From: Eledone cirrhosa
Lineage: Eukaryota
Direction of reading: 5' to 3'
NCBI GenBank assembly: GCA_964016885.1
Contig: OZ024749.1
Span: forward strand, 29,264,001-29,328,000
DNA: 64,000 nucleotides
Below are positions 1 through 12,790 of this stretch, piece after piece. Both the position numbers and the translations under genes were made by a program. Below the pieces are notes generated by a model. The model saw nothing but the letters and a program-made list of their open reading frames with translations. It had not been told where the DNA came from and searched no databases. The first letter of the stretch is position 1. Every line of letters starts with the position of its first letter.

Positions 1-648
1 ACAGCCTATGCTAGACCTATCTATTTCGCTACAAAATACTCTATCTAGATATGATCTGGATAACCCTATGCGATTTGTCCAAGTCCACATTGGCACATTC
101 GGGAAATCCAATCGGTACCTATCGGACAGTTCAAAACGCCTGAGCTGGTTGATGAGGCTCTTGTACCCTCCTCTCCTATCCGCTAATCCCACACAGTCCC
201 AGCGTGCATCTAACATCCCGTTCCAGTCGCCCGCTAACACTAAAGAGCGGGACGTTCCAAGAAAGGTCTCCAGACGCCGGAAGAAATCAGGCCGCCCTGC
301 TCCTATCGGGGCATAGACGGCCACTAGTTTGAAAGCTTGCCCGTCTCCGCTGGTCACGTCCAGCACCACCAACTTACCTTCTGGGTCCAGGAAGATGGGC
401 CGTATGGCGAGATCCAAACCTCTCCGAAACAGCACAGCAACTCCTCCCCCCGATCCAGGACGGCTGGGAGATGCGTACACATCGTAGCCGCCGAAGATCG
501 GTGCGAAGGCCCGTGCTTCGGAGATTCTGGTCTCGCTGATGGCCACTACATCTATGTTTAGTGACCTGAGGTCGTTGAGCAGGTGACCCTGCTTCCATGA
601 CGACCCCAAGCCACGCGCATTTATGCTGCCTATTCTGAGTGAGGTCAT
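1..648 (-). CDS. LINE ORF2 N-terminal APE endonuclease domain (truncated by window edge)
   Basis: Manual translation from ATG 648: MTSLRIGSINARGL...DVVAISETR...GGGVAVLF...LVAVYAP...LVLAGDWN...WTWTN...SYLDRVF. These are APE motifs, and the frame is open to base 1. Confidence 0.9.
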   Translation of the reverse strand, partial: MTSLRIGSINARGLGSSWKQGHLLNDLRSLNIDVVAISETRISEARAFAPIFGGYDVYASPSRPGSGGGVAVLFRRGLDLAIRPIFLDPEGKLVVLDVTSGDGQAFKLVAVYAPIGAGRPDFFRRLETFLGTSRSLVLAGDWNGMLDARWDCVGLADRRGGYKSLINQLRRFELSDRYRLDFPNVPMWTWTNRIGLSRSYLDRVFCSEIDRSSIGC

Positions 649-1055
649 GTTTAAAATAGAGTGGAAAAGATGGGAAAGACCACTTACCGTACTTTTCGTA
701 GAGAAATGATGGTTTTTCCATCCCTTTTCACTTGATCGTCTGGTGAAGGGACCGTTGAATCGTCCCTTCGGCTGGTCGTCGGCTCTTCTATGAGTATGTC
801 CGAGTATACTCTTCGGTTGAGAGTCCCTCCTAGGTCTCTGAAATCACCAACTGCGTTGGGGAATTTCGTTTTAATGTTTGTGTATTGTTTCTGTGCTATT
901 TTTAGCAGTCTTATGTTAGTTGGTGTTTTGATTGGTGCTGGTATTATGTAGTCGTGCTGTGAAATGTCTGTGTGTTCAATTATGTAAGTCATTAGTTTCT
1001 TGTTGTGTGTATTTATTGCCGTGCATTTGTTTTTCTGGGGTGGGGTGGGGTTCTG

Positions 1056-2854
1056 CTATTTTCTTGTCGTTGTTGCTGGGTGTGTGTGTTTTGTTGTTGT
1101 GTTTGCGATGTTGGTGCTTGTGGTGGTGTTGAAGGTGTTGTTGTTGTTGGCGGTGGGGTTGTCGCCGGTGGTGATGGTGGTACTAGTGTGGGTGGTGATG
1201 GTGTTGGTGGTGTTGCTGCTGTGAGTCTCTTTGCAGTAACCTTTATCCTTTTTTTCATTTCTTTCCTCCCTTTTCGAAGGCGACGATGCGCTGCTTCTGC
1301 GTTTGTGCCTTCTTACGACCTTTTGCCATCCCTCTCCCACCTCACACTCCATGTCTGATTCTGTGAGGTCGGGGAGGGGTACCAGCACCACTCTTTCACT
1401 TGTTGTTGTTGGTGATGTTTCCTCTGGAGTCTCTGTTGCAACTGCATTTGGTATTACTGTTGTTGTTGTTAATACTTCCACTGCTGCTGCTGTTTTTGAT
1501 TTCCGTGGCGTGGGTATGGGTGCCACGGACCTATCGTTCCTGGTTGCCGCTTGTCCCGTTGCTGATAGCTGTGGAGCCGGTTTCGGAAGGAGGGGGCTTT
1601 TCTCCTTTCTCAGGGTCTTCTCGTTGCAGAAGGCCCTGAGGTGAGTCTTCGATCCACAGCGAAAGCATTTCGGGCGTTTGCCCTCAACACTTATGGGCAG
1701 TTGAGTGCCGGGATAGCTTCGATGCACTCCTGGTTGGTTTGGATTAACATCTCAATGGAGGTGCCGACCCAATCTTCTCTTACTTTTTTCTGTACTTGCA
1801 GTACAGTTGTTTTGTCCTCGATTCCGACGAGGACAGACGCAGCCAGCCAAGAAGGGGCCATCCCGGGGGGGAGGGGGACGTGGGTCAGTTTGACCCTCAC
1901 AATTTTTTGCCCGCAGTAGGAGGGCACCAACACCATTTCCTCGCTCCTTAGGGTCACTAAGGATTGAGCCTTTGCCTCCTGGGGTGTGGCAAAAAGCACG
2001 TCTACGGTGGCACATTTCTTGCCTCGGGTGATGTGCGTTTTCCGCTGCCACACAGACCCTAAGGCTTTTTGTATTTGAGCCTCTGTGGCTCTTTCAACCC
2101 TATGGGATTTTGTGCTTACTGTACGGTACGTGACCGTACAGTGCTGTTGGGTTTCGAAAAAATTTTCGGCTGCCTTGCAGATTGCTCGGTATCCGGTTTT
2201 TGTAACCATCTTCTTCGCTTCCTCTAATTCCTCATTTGTTATGAGGATGGTTTCCAGGTTCTTTGCGATACCTGCAAACGAGATTGGTTTTTCTTTGCTG
2301 GTGTTGTTGTTGTTGTTGTTGTTGTCGTCAGAGCTGCTGTTACTTTTGTTGTTGCTGCAGGTACTACGACTACTGCCGCCGCCGCTGTTGCTGTGGTTGT
2401 TGTTGTTGCTGTTGCTGCTGCTGCTGCTGCTGCTGCTGTTGTTATTGCTGCTAATGCTGTTGTTGTTTATGCTGCTGCTGATGCTGTTGCGGCTGCTACT
2501 GTTGTTTTCTTTGTCACTGTTGCTGCTGCTGCTGTTATTACGGCTGCTACTGCTATTATTCCTGACGTCAGACGAATGAAATGGGTTTTCGTATTTCCCG
2601 CACACCTTTTTTGTCGTTGTTGTCGTCGTCGTGGAGAAATCTTGCACGCTTTGCACGTGATTTTTCTTTTCTGGCGTCGCTTGCGAAAGAGAAGGGAGGG
2701 AGAGAGACACATTTAGAGAAGGAAGGGAGAGAGACAATCTTCTCTCTGCTGTAGTGACGATTGAGGAAGAAGAAGACGGAATGAGTTGGAGTGACCTATG
2801 AAAATTCTTTTTCGTAGCCATGTTTTTTTTTTGTTTAAAATAAATATTGGGCAC
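1056..2854 (-). pseudogene. LINE ORF1 (gag-like, zinc knuckle), split by a frameshift near 1690-1730, with Ser/Asn/Thr low-complexity tracts
   Basis: ORFs 1691-2854 and 1056-1727 overlap in different frames; the CX2CX4HX4C knuckle follows the shift. Confidence 0.8.
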
Positions 2855-3137
2855 AAAACCCCAATAAGCGGTTATTTAACCCCGAAGGGCCAAATAACGG
2901 GCAGAAAGACCCCTCTCACAAGGAGGAGGGTGTTTTTGTCTACAAGTTGGTTAAAGTTTTAAACAATTTACAATTGTTATAGCGGTCAAAATTTACAATA
3001 CCTTACAGAGCTGAGCCTCCGTCAACCATAGCATTCAATAATAATAATGATGAGAATGCTAATAATATTAATTTCTTTATTGGCCACGAGAGCCGAAAAC
3101 ATTGAAGACAAGGAACAGTTATATATGTATATATATA

Positions 3138-3310
3138 TACCGTATTTCCCGGCGCCGAAGACGCTTCGTCCTCGGGGACGCACCCTAATTTTGACAACCA
3201 AAAATTTGAAAAAAAAATAATAAACAACCTTCGGCCTCCAGGATGCATGGTAGATTTTTGAGACTTATTTGGGGGAAAAAGTAGCATCTTCGACGCCGGG
3301 AAATACAGCT
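3138..3310. mobile_element. pogo/Tigger-like MITE; second copy at about 11115-11285
   Basis: Terminal inverted repeats TACCGTATTTCCCGGCG...CGCCGGGAAATAC; near-identical copy at 11115-11285. Confidence 0.7.
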
Positions 3311-3329
3311 TATATATATATACAAATAA

Positions 3330-3510
3330 TTGTTTCTACTTTTGGTACAAGGCCAGCAAATACTCAGTAAATTACTGGTACTTTATTTTATCGACCCCGT
3401 AAGGATGAAAGGCAAAGTTAACCTCGGTCGGATTTGAACTCAGATCGTAAAGGGACGTAACTAAACTGGAAAGCATGTCCGACCTTCTACCGATACTACC
3501 AATTCACCGT
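3330..3510 (-). mobile_element. tRNA-derived SINE family 1 (Deu/Nin-like domain). Other copies at about 4850-4990, 9950-10140, 11905-12062, 18188-18370, 22262-22482, 37055-37490, 38567-38762, 41197-41387, 43383-43596, 55403-55618, 59830-60340
   Basis: Recurrent A/B-box head (TGGCAGTATCGG...GAGTTCAAATC) and a shared core GCCTTTCATCCTTACGGGGTCGATAAAATAAAGTACCAG. The domain name is from recall. Confidence 0.8.
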
Positions 3511-3945
3511 ACAAATAATGAATCAAAACATCAAATATATTTAGAATTTTGTGTTTCTCAATAAGCAAGCTCAATAACCTTTACCTAGAGCCATAATAAC
3601 CAAATGAAAAAGATATATGTATATATATAGAGAGAGAGAGAAAGAATGGTGAGACTAAACCTCAAAAGAGTAACTGAGTCTCGTGTGGTTTAATCATAAT
3701 CGATAGTTTGTCTTCGGTGATCGATTATATTAATTGATTTTTTTTTTCGACGATCGATTACATTGATTGATTTTGAACTACACTTTCAAGGTATGAAATA
3801 ACACTAGAAGGTTTCACTTATGATTCCACCTGTGTACATATTCTTATATAGAATATGTATTTGGTATATATACAATATAGCGTGTTTCTTTTACGATATA
3901 TGGCTCTTTCTTTCTATCTATATACATATATCTCTTTCATTTGGT

Positions 3946-4064
<119 letters not shown>

Positions 4065-5274
4065 GTGTGCTTTCTTTGGAAGCCTGTCGGCGGGATTTTA
4101 CCTGTAAATCAAAGGTCCAACCCTGTCATATATTATGTCATGTTGAATTGGCCTTGGCAATTGCATTAAGAGTACACGTGTCTGTGTGAAATATTCACCC
4201 ACTTACACTACACTAATCTTGTCATATATTGTTTCACAGTGAATCTCACTGACTGGTTGTTCAATTGTTTCAAGTATCTGAATGCTCATCGCTGAAACTG
4301 ACGGAGAACACCCCCCCCCCCCCATTATTACTAAACTCTCAGTGAATTCTTCGTCGCCATTGAGTGCCTTATCAAAGAAAAATGGGTACATTTTATGAAA
4401 TGTTCGATAATTAATAAGACTAGCAGAAAAACCACCTTTCGGGTGGTTTTCTGCTAGCATGTGTAGTGTGTATATTGATATTATACGCAAGTATATATAC
4501 ATGTAGATATGATCAAATAAAATCGTAATTGACAATATACACAGAAATTGAAAGAAGACTGTGTTACACTGTCTTATGTAATCAGTAACGTAATCCATGA
4601 TACATTAAAAAAAGACGATATTATATATAAACTGCATTAGGAGAAAATTAGTATGTTTATTTAAGCGATCGCCACCGGAAGTGTTGACATCACACACTGT
4701 CTCTTTCTATATATATAAGGTAGTTGAAGTGGTGGTGGTGGCAACGATATACCGGAAGTGCAGCTTTGAAAAGAAGTCAATTTTAAATTATTTATTTTTA
4801 CGAAATTTTTGTTTACGAAATTTAGTAGATAAATTATGTAATATTCACTAGCATAGTTACGTCCCTTTACGGTCTGAGTTCAAGTCTTGCCGAGGTTAAC
4901 TTTGCCTTTCATCCTTACGGGGTCGATAAAATAAAGTACCAGTAATGCACTGGGTAATTTGCTGGCCTTGTGCCTAAAGTAGAAACAATTATTTATTCAA
5001 AGTAATCCAACTTATTTTACAAACGGGATAAAAAATAAATAAACCGTACGCAATCCCGCAGATCTTCCTTTATTATAGTTTAGATTAATTAAACAATTTG
5101 ATTAATTGCATCACCTCTTATTTAATTATGTACACTACACTTAACTGTCGTCGCTTGTTGTATTGTATCATGAGTAGAGAGAGAGATATGTATTGATGAT
5201 AGTGTACCTGTGTCGTCAAAAATGTAATTTGTGAATTTGTGAATTTGTGAATATGCAGAACTTATTGGTTAAAG

Positions 5275-5400
5275 AACTTAATGGTTAAAGTGTTAGGCTG
5301 ACAAATGTAAGGTCATGGGTTCGAGTCCCCGGACCTGGTGATGTGTTGTGTCCTTCATCAAGGCACTTCATTCCGTGTTACTCCAGTTCATTCAGCAGAA
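5275..5400 (+). mobile_element. tRNA-derived SINE family 2 (CORE-like domain). Other copies at about 22730-22970, 44920-45055 (-), 48390-48510, 49880-49995, 53325-53430 (-)
   Basis: tRNA-like head (TGGTTAAAG...GGTTCGAGTCCC) followed by GTTGTGTCCTTGAGCAAGACACTT-like core. Confidence 0.7.
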
Positions 5401-5444
5401 ATAGATACACAGAGAGAAATCGGTGTAGTTAGATAGATAACTTT

Positions 5445-7940
5445 CTATTTATTTGCCACCAGGGCATCAAAGATTGGGACAAATACAAGAGGGGGAGTTT
5501 ACATACATTTCAAGGGACGTGTAAAAACATATAACAAATCAAATTCAACAATCAAAGTCCTCAACGTGGGTCGCACACATCCCCGAAAAAAATGTGCAAC
5601 ACTCCTCCACAGGAGCACAAAGAGCGGGTGCTCCATTCCTCTCCTCCTTCCTCTCCTCTCTCACCTACAGGCTGATATAGAGAGAAGGCCCATTCACTCG
5701 GGCCATTCTCGCCACTTTCACCCACCTTTCAAAAAACTTGCTGGGGTAGAGCACCTCTCTCTCCATTCTGATCCTTCTTCTAAAATGGTACTTGAAAAAA
5801 GAACCAGTTGTTGGCCTGAGAGAAAAGTGTCTGGCCTCAGCCCTTTCAACCTCGTCCACCATACAACCTCTTTCGCCATAGCTATCACACAGAGGAAAAC
5901 CGCCTCTCCTTCGTTTTTGAAGTGGGGAGGCGGTTTGATCGTGACAATGTACTCGGTGGTCAACCGGATTGGTCCCACCCGCGACAGTAATCGTTCCACA
6001 TAGTCCCACAGGTCAGCAACGCCCGGGCAGTGTACGAATGCGTGCGCGACGGTTTCCTCGTCACGCACGCATCTCGGACAGATCTTCTTCGAGGGGTCCC
6101 TACCCGGGCGCCCGTGTCTGTAGAGCTTGTCCCGAACGGGTAGAGCTCCTCGGTAGCACTGTCAAGCGAGGGACTTTTGGAAGTTGTCCATCGGTCCCGG
6201 GCCAAACATCCTACCGAACAGACTGGCTAGCTCGTCTTCCTCCATGCTCAGAGCCTCTCCGAGAGCGTCGTCGCACTTGCTGCGCACCAACCCTCTATAG
6301 AATGTTGAGGTTGAGTCTCCACTGATTGCCAGATCCGCTTGCCAGAGGGCCGTGAGCGCCTGGGCACATTCAATGTGCCAGTCGCCCACTTTTCTCGGTC
6401 TTTGCTCGGTGAGTGAGACGAGTCTCGGAAAGGCTCGTCTCACAAAAGGGGCCCACACCAGCTGACCGGTGAGGAATACCTGGAGGTGCTGTAGCCTTAA
6501 TGCGTGTCTACGCATCGTCAGCCACGGCACTCCCAGTCCTCCGTTCGAAGGGTGTTGACAGCAGATGGATCTTCTCATCAAAGGGGCCCGCTTCTTCCAA
6601 AGGAATCGGAAGAGCACGCGCTCCATTTTGGCGAGCGTTTTCGCTGGGCAAGGCACGACGGCCAAGCGGTAGTAGATGACGGACGCTATATAAGTGTTCA
6701 CCACCTCCGCTCGACCTTTCAGGGATAGTTTGCACTCGGCCCACTTCTGGGCGAGTGCAAACACCCTGCCCGTTACCTCGTCCCAGTTTTTCTCCACCTG
6801 GAGGTCCAGTCCGAAACAGACCCCGAGCAGCTTCACCGGTCCCTCCGTCCAGCGTCCAACGACGCCGTCGGAGGGCATCGGTTTGCCTCTCCACGTCCCG
6901 AGTTGCAAACCGACGGACTTGTCCCGGTTCAGCTTGGCTCCTGTAAACCTTTCGTATTCCTCCCAGAAGGTGCCGATCTGCCCGATTTCCGAGGCGCACG
7001 ACACCATTACTGTCACGTCGTCGGCGTAGGCCGACACTGCTTTCCGCAATATCGGTTCCAAGGGGATTCCCTGCAACAGCTCCAACTTCTGCAGTAGTGG
7101 CTCGAGAGCCAGCACATACAGAAGGGAGGAGAGAGGGCATCCCTGTCGGATGGATCGCGCGATTTGGAACGGCTCCGAGAGGTAGCCGTTCACCTTGACC
7201 CTCGAGCAGGTGTTGCTGTTGTGCATTGCAGCAATCCAGCCCCTGAAAACGGGTCCGAAGCCTGCCGCCGCGAGCACCGCATCCAGGTACCGATGGTCGA
7301 CCCTATCGAACGCCTTAGATTGATCCAAGTTGATCAGGGCCCCACCAAAGCCGGGTTCGTTCCCTACCCTCTCTACGATGTATCGCATGAGGTGGAGGTT
7401 GTCGTGTATGGACCTGGACGGGATTGCGCATGTCTGCGCTTCTCCCACCAGGTTCCCGACGACAAGCGCCAACCTCTTCGCTAACATCTTGGCTAAAATC
7501 TTTAACTCTGTGTTTAGCAGATGTATGGGCCTGAAGTTATCTATGTCATCCCCCTTGTTCTCGTCCTTCCTCACCAGCGTGACTACGCCCTTGGTCACAG
7601 AACTGGGAATTCTCCCGTTCTGTTGCCAGTTGCAGTAGACCACCTCGAGGAGATCGGAGAACAAGTCCGGCATCGCTACATAAAGTTCGTATGGTAGACC
7701 ATCGAGACCGGGAGATTTGCGTTTGCCGGATTGGTTCAGCGCTTCCCCTATTTCAGCGGCTGAAATCGGCCTTTCGCAGGACTTCGCCTCCCCGTCCGAG
7801 AGCCGCGGCAGACCGTCGAGGTATGGACCAAAATCCATGGCCTCACCCGGCCCGCCGCCCTTCCCGAACAGTCGTGCAAAGCGCTGTTGAAAGGCCGCGC
7901 ACATCCGCTCAGGTTCAAGGATCACGCGTCCATCGTGGTC
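5445..7940 (-). mobile_element. 5'-truncated L1/Tx1-clade LINE: RT, C-terminal Cys-rich domain and 3' UTR
   Basis: ORF 6162-7925 carries RT motifs (KSPGLDGLP, NFRPIHLLN, LDQSKAFDRVDH, IRQGCPLS, YADD). After a premature TGA a CxxC...HAFVHC zinc-finger region follows. GATA repeats flank both ends. Confidence 0.93.
6162..7925 (-). pseudogene. LINE ORF2 reverse transcriptase fragment (587 aa open stretch)
   Basis: Canonical non-LTR RT motifs; lacks the endonuclease; premature stop at 6162. Confidence 0.9.
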
Positions 7941-8590
7941 CTAATAGATAGATAGATAGATAGATAGAAAGTGAGTGAGTGGAGAGAAAAAGACAGATAG
8001 ACCGAGAGAGAGACAGGGGGGGGGGGGGAGACTGAATGAGTTGCGGAGAGACAGAGAGTGTGGCTAAGAGAGACAGAGTGGGATGGACAGAGAGAGAGAG
8101 AGACAGGTAGAAAAAGAGTTGGAGAGAGACAGAGACAGAGTTAGAGCGAGTGAGAGTGAGAGAGAGAGAGAGACAGGGACAGAGTTAGAGAGAGCAAGTG
8201 AAAGAGAGCGAGAAAGCGACACAGAGAGAGGGAGTAAGAGAGAGTTAGAGTAAAGAAGAGCAGGTGTACACCCTCCCCCTCCTCCTCCCCTCCCCTATCG
8301 ACATGTCCCGCTACATGAGAACAAAAATGTATTTAATAATGTGTGTAGTTGGTTCTTGTCAGCAGTTTACCACATGTGTGTGTATATATAATGAGGTGTG
8401 TGTGTATATAAGGGTGTGTCTGTGTAATGGTGTGTGTATAAGGGTGTATGTGTATAATGGTGGTCTGTGTGTATATATATATATATAATGGCGTGTCTGT
8501 GTATATATATATATATATACATGTATATATATATATATATATATACATGTATATATATATACATGTATATATATACATGTATATATATAT

Positions 8591-8628
<38 letters not shown>

Positions 8629-9689
8629 ATATGTGTGTGTGTGTGTGTATATATATATATAACGGTGCGTGTGTGATGGTATGTGTGTGAATATGATTTT
8701 GTGTGAATGATGGTATGTGTGTGTATATGTATGATTTTGTGTGACTGGTGGTGTGTGTGTGTATGTGAATGTGTGTGCATGTATGTCTGTGTGTCAGTTT
8801 GTTAGTGTGTGTGTCTGCTTATCTGTGTATGTGTCAATGTGTATGAGTGTCATTGTGTGTGTGGGTGTCAGTGTATGTGTGTGTCTCTTTATCTATATGA
8901 GTTTTAGTGTGTGTATGTGTGTGTGTGTGTGTGCGTGTGCGCGTGCGTGCGTGCATCAACGTGTATCAGTGTGTGTGTATGTGTGTGAGAGTTATGTCGT
9001 CTGTTTCAATGTAAAGTTTTCTTTTCTACGGTCAGAATTCTATTTCAGTAAAGTAGTTGCAGGCATTTATTGACGCAGCGAGTGTGTTTACTGGATGTTA
9101 TAAAATTAATATTTATAATACATGCAGAATGTTTTCCATTATCATTATTTTTTTTTAAATGACATTTTATTATAAATTATCTATTGAAAGAAGTCGTTTT
9201 GTTTAACTTTCTCTTAGCGATATGTCGCTCAAAACACTAGAGAAGTTAATATGTTGTTAGTTTGGCTTCGACAAATGTTTCCTTCACAATATTAAGTATA
9301 AAGGCAGGTGTTCGTTGGCAAGGGAGGTTTAAAAGAGCAACCTGAAAACACAGGTGGAAATTAGAAACATCTTTTGGGGTAAATTTGCATTTTAGAAAAT
9401 TATGCAAACACGAAATTATATAAAATGTTATAAACACAAAATTATAAAGGCCGAGCGAGTAAGTTTAGCAGAAACAAACAGTAAAGTAGCGAGCTAAATG
9501 CCTCGTGATGTTTTGTTGTCGTGAGTTCAACTCCTGGTCAAGTCTATCATCCCTCTCCCCCACCTCTGTGAATGATAGTTGGTAGTAAATGTAACATGTT
9601 GAATTAAATACCTAGTGTTCTCTAATCCTTTCGTTATCACAGTTTTAATGAAAGAAATACACAACTTATTTCGTGTTTCAATTATCCAT

Positions 9690-9900
9690 TACGGAGCTCG
9701 ATAAAATAAAGAACCAGTAAACCACTGGGGGTAGATAAAATAAAGTACCAGTAACGCACTGGGTCGATAAAATAAAGTACCAGTAACACATTGGAGTCGA
9801 TAAAATAAAATACTAGTTATGCACTGGGGTAGATAAAATAAAGTACCAGCAATGCACTGGGGTCGATAAAATAAAGTACCAGCAATGCACTGGTGTCGAT
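9690..9900 (+). repeat. Tandem ~33-bp repeat (about 6 copies) of the SINE family 1 core
   Basis: GATAAAATAAAGTACCAGTAATGCACTGGGGTC-like unit repeated. Confidence 0.8.
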
Positions 9901-11469
9901 TCCCCTCTCCCAAGAATTGTTGGCTCAGTACCTAAATCAGAAACCATTATGTGGTGGATTGGCAGTATCGGTAGAGGGTCGGACACTATGCTTTGACGTA
10001 TAGAGTTACGCCCCTTGCCATTCTGAGTTCAAATCGCGCCGAGGTTAATTTTGCCTTTCATCCTTACGGGGTCGATAAAATAAAGTACCAGTAATGTACT
10101 GGGTAATTGCTGGCCTTGTGCCAAAAGTAGAAACAATTATGTGTTTCAATTAATTATCAAAATATTCAATAATTTGGAAGAGTTTATTGGTAAAATAACT
10201 TTGGAAGTGTTTGAAACGCGGCGAGCGAAGTTCAGTGGGTTTATACGTCCCACTATTAAACAATATTATAATAAAAAATATAAGCTCCTTTTTTTTTAAA
10301 TTCATTATTTAGCATTCTTTTTTAAACTGGTTATAATTTTTTTTTAATACATATTTCTTTATTAAAATAATAAATGAGTAACAACATGAACGGAAAAGGA
10401 AGGGAAAGGCAAGGGCTCTAGGGTCACAGAAGAATGGGAGGGAGGGTGGGCTCTGGGCCCAGGGCGCGGCGGTGTTGCTATTTCTTTTTCAATTCTAAAA
10501 CAACTTCGTTTTTGATTAATCTGGTATTTTGAACATAACTATATGGAGAATATATGAAAATGGTCTTTAGATAAAATTATGACAAGGTTTTAATATATAA
10601 TTATAAGCACTTTCACTTTTAAAGGGAGAATTTCGTGTTTTCGTATAACAGAATTAGGGGCGGAAGGGTCAATATCATGGAGAAGGGTGTAGCAAGGGTT
10701 AATTCTTCCTTTTTTTAATGTTTTGGGTAGGGCCTTATACATAAGGCTGACTACGCTGAATCATTGAATCATACAAGCCCCGTCAGGGATTAGAGAAACA
10801 CAAAAAGACTTGAGAGCCTTGCTGAAATTAGAGACACCTGCGAGGGTTAGGGTTCTCGACAATCACTGGGGGGGGGGGGGGGGCAAGAATTATGGGGCCT
10901 GCAAGGACTAGAGAAACCCGCAATATTATATATATATAATTCAAAATTCAATAAGACCAAGGATTGGCATTATTATTATTTATTTATACATCGCTACGGG
11001 CATCTCAATGCGGCTAAAGCATCCCATCCAGTTGTGGAGAAGAAAAAAAACAGATATCAGTAAAGTTACTCCATTATGGGTGTTCTTCCCAAAACCGTAT
11101 CTCTTCAGGAAATATACCGAATTTTTCGGCGCCGAAGACGCTTCGTCCTCGAGAACGCACCCTAATTTTGACACCAAAAATTTGAAAAAAATTAATAAAC
11201 AACCTTCGGCCTCCAGGACGCATGGTAGATTTTTGAGACTTATTTTAGGAAAAAAGTAGAGTCTTCGACGCCGGGAAATACGGTAATAGAAAATAACAAT
11301 AAATTGATTAATATCATAAGACAAATTATTAAGAATAATACAGGGTTCAAAGCAATGTGCATTCAAAAAGTATGGAATTATAAATTTATAAGTGCAAAGT
11401 ATAATAATAGGGTATATTTTTTGACATGCAAAAAATAAAGAGTCAACAGTGTTTTTCGACAAATATGTT

Positions 11470-11900
11470 AAAATATGTTAAATCTGTTTATATATTATTA
11501 ACCATCATGCCAACAACAACACTGAGCACCTTTTTGAATTCCATGTGCCTAACACCCGTGAACATGCCTACAAAGTCAGAAAACAGCACAGCTCCCATGA
11601 TTTTCGGAAACATTTTTTCACGCTCAGAGTTGCTGAAGCATGGAACAAACTACTTGCATCAGTTGTTAGCTGTCGGGACACTGCATCCTTTAAAACTTCC
11701 ATGCTTCCTGAAATTCGCTAACACTGCACCTGTTATTCCCCCTCCATACACACGGACACATGTGTCTATGTATATAATCATGAGTCAAACACTATTCACT
11801 TTCCTGACATTTGTACATTATTCTATGTACTATACATGCACCGTTGATGAGTTGTAGTGCACCTGAGCACTGTGCACAATCATTTTAATTATTATTATAT
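11470..11900 (+). mobile_element. CR1-clade LINE 3' end. Other tails at 20500-20850 (+), 20085-20368 (-), 38375-38840 (+, interrupted by a SINE)
   Basis: Translates to ...NTREHAYKVRKQHSSHDFRKHFFTLRVAEAWNKL...SFK, typical of the CR1 ORF2 C-terminus, then a 3' stem-loop and (ATT)n tail. Confidence 0.82.
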
Positions 11901-12360
11901 AGCAGTGGATTGGAAGTATCGGTAGAGGGTCGGACGCCATGTTTTGCAGGTTAGAGTTATGGCCCTTTGCGCTCTGAGTTAGCCTTACGGTGGTCGATAA
12001 AATAAAGCACTAGTAGTGCACTGGGATAATTGCTGGCCTTGTGCCAAAAGTAGAAACAATTATATGGCAGTGATTTTCGTTATTTATCATAGAAATATTT
12101 GCAAATGTTTAGAAGATTTTCGTTAGTCAAAGATCTCATAAGTGCAAAATAAGACTGAATTAATGCAGTAAAATTATTTTTCAAAGAGATATATATTCAA
12201 GGCGGCGAATTGGCAGAGTCGTTAGAACATCGGATAGAATGCTTTGCAGTATTCGTTTCAAACCCGCCGAGGTAAACTTTACCTTTCATCCATTCAAGGT
12301 CGATAAAAAAAAGTAGCAGTCTAGTACTGAGGGTCGATTCTTCCTCTATATCTCTTTCTC

Positions 12361-12435
<75 letters not shown>

Positions 12436-12569
12436 ATATATATATATATGGCACCCCAATGACCCCCTCGAGAGTTACGGGGCGATACCATGCCATGCCA
12501 TATATTCTTCAAATCATATGTACACATTTACCTATTATTTTTCTAATCAGGATCTAAACAAAACTTTAT

Positions 12570-12657
<88 letters not shown>

Positions 12658-12752
12658 GTAGAACACTGGAAGGTAATATCCGTAGTGGTAGAGCACCCAG
12701 TCCATGGGACGAGTTAGGTAGAAGTGGTAACACAACAGTTAGTTCACCATAC

Positions 12753-12790
12753 CGAGAACAATTGCTTCACCTTAGCGGATCCTCAGCTCG
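12753..12790 (-). ncRNA. Minimal hammerhead ribozyme in PLE pseudo-LTR (core variant GAAG)
   Basis: cgag-CUGAGGA-uccgcuaaggu-GAAG-caauug-UU-cucg; stem I cgag/cucg; palindromic stem III. Confidence 0.6.

Larger units (their letters stand above)
1..3020 (-). mobile_element. L1/Tx1-clade non-LTR retrotransposon, 5' part (5' UTR, ORF1, start of ORF2); continues beyond the window start
   Basis: ORF1 has a CCHC knuckle (CFRCGSKTHLRAFC) and is followed on the same strand by an APE endonuclease ORF. The 5' boundary is approximate. Confidence 0.9.

Noticed and set aside
4207-4289. Apparent minus-strand first exon (MSIQILETIEQPV...|GTAAGT) within ORF 4203-4598
   Set aside because: The region, including the apparent donor, resembles the SINE tail also present inverted at about 53660-53730; no recognisable protein similarity.
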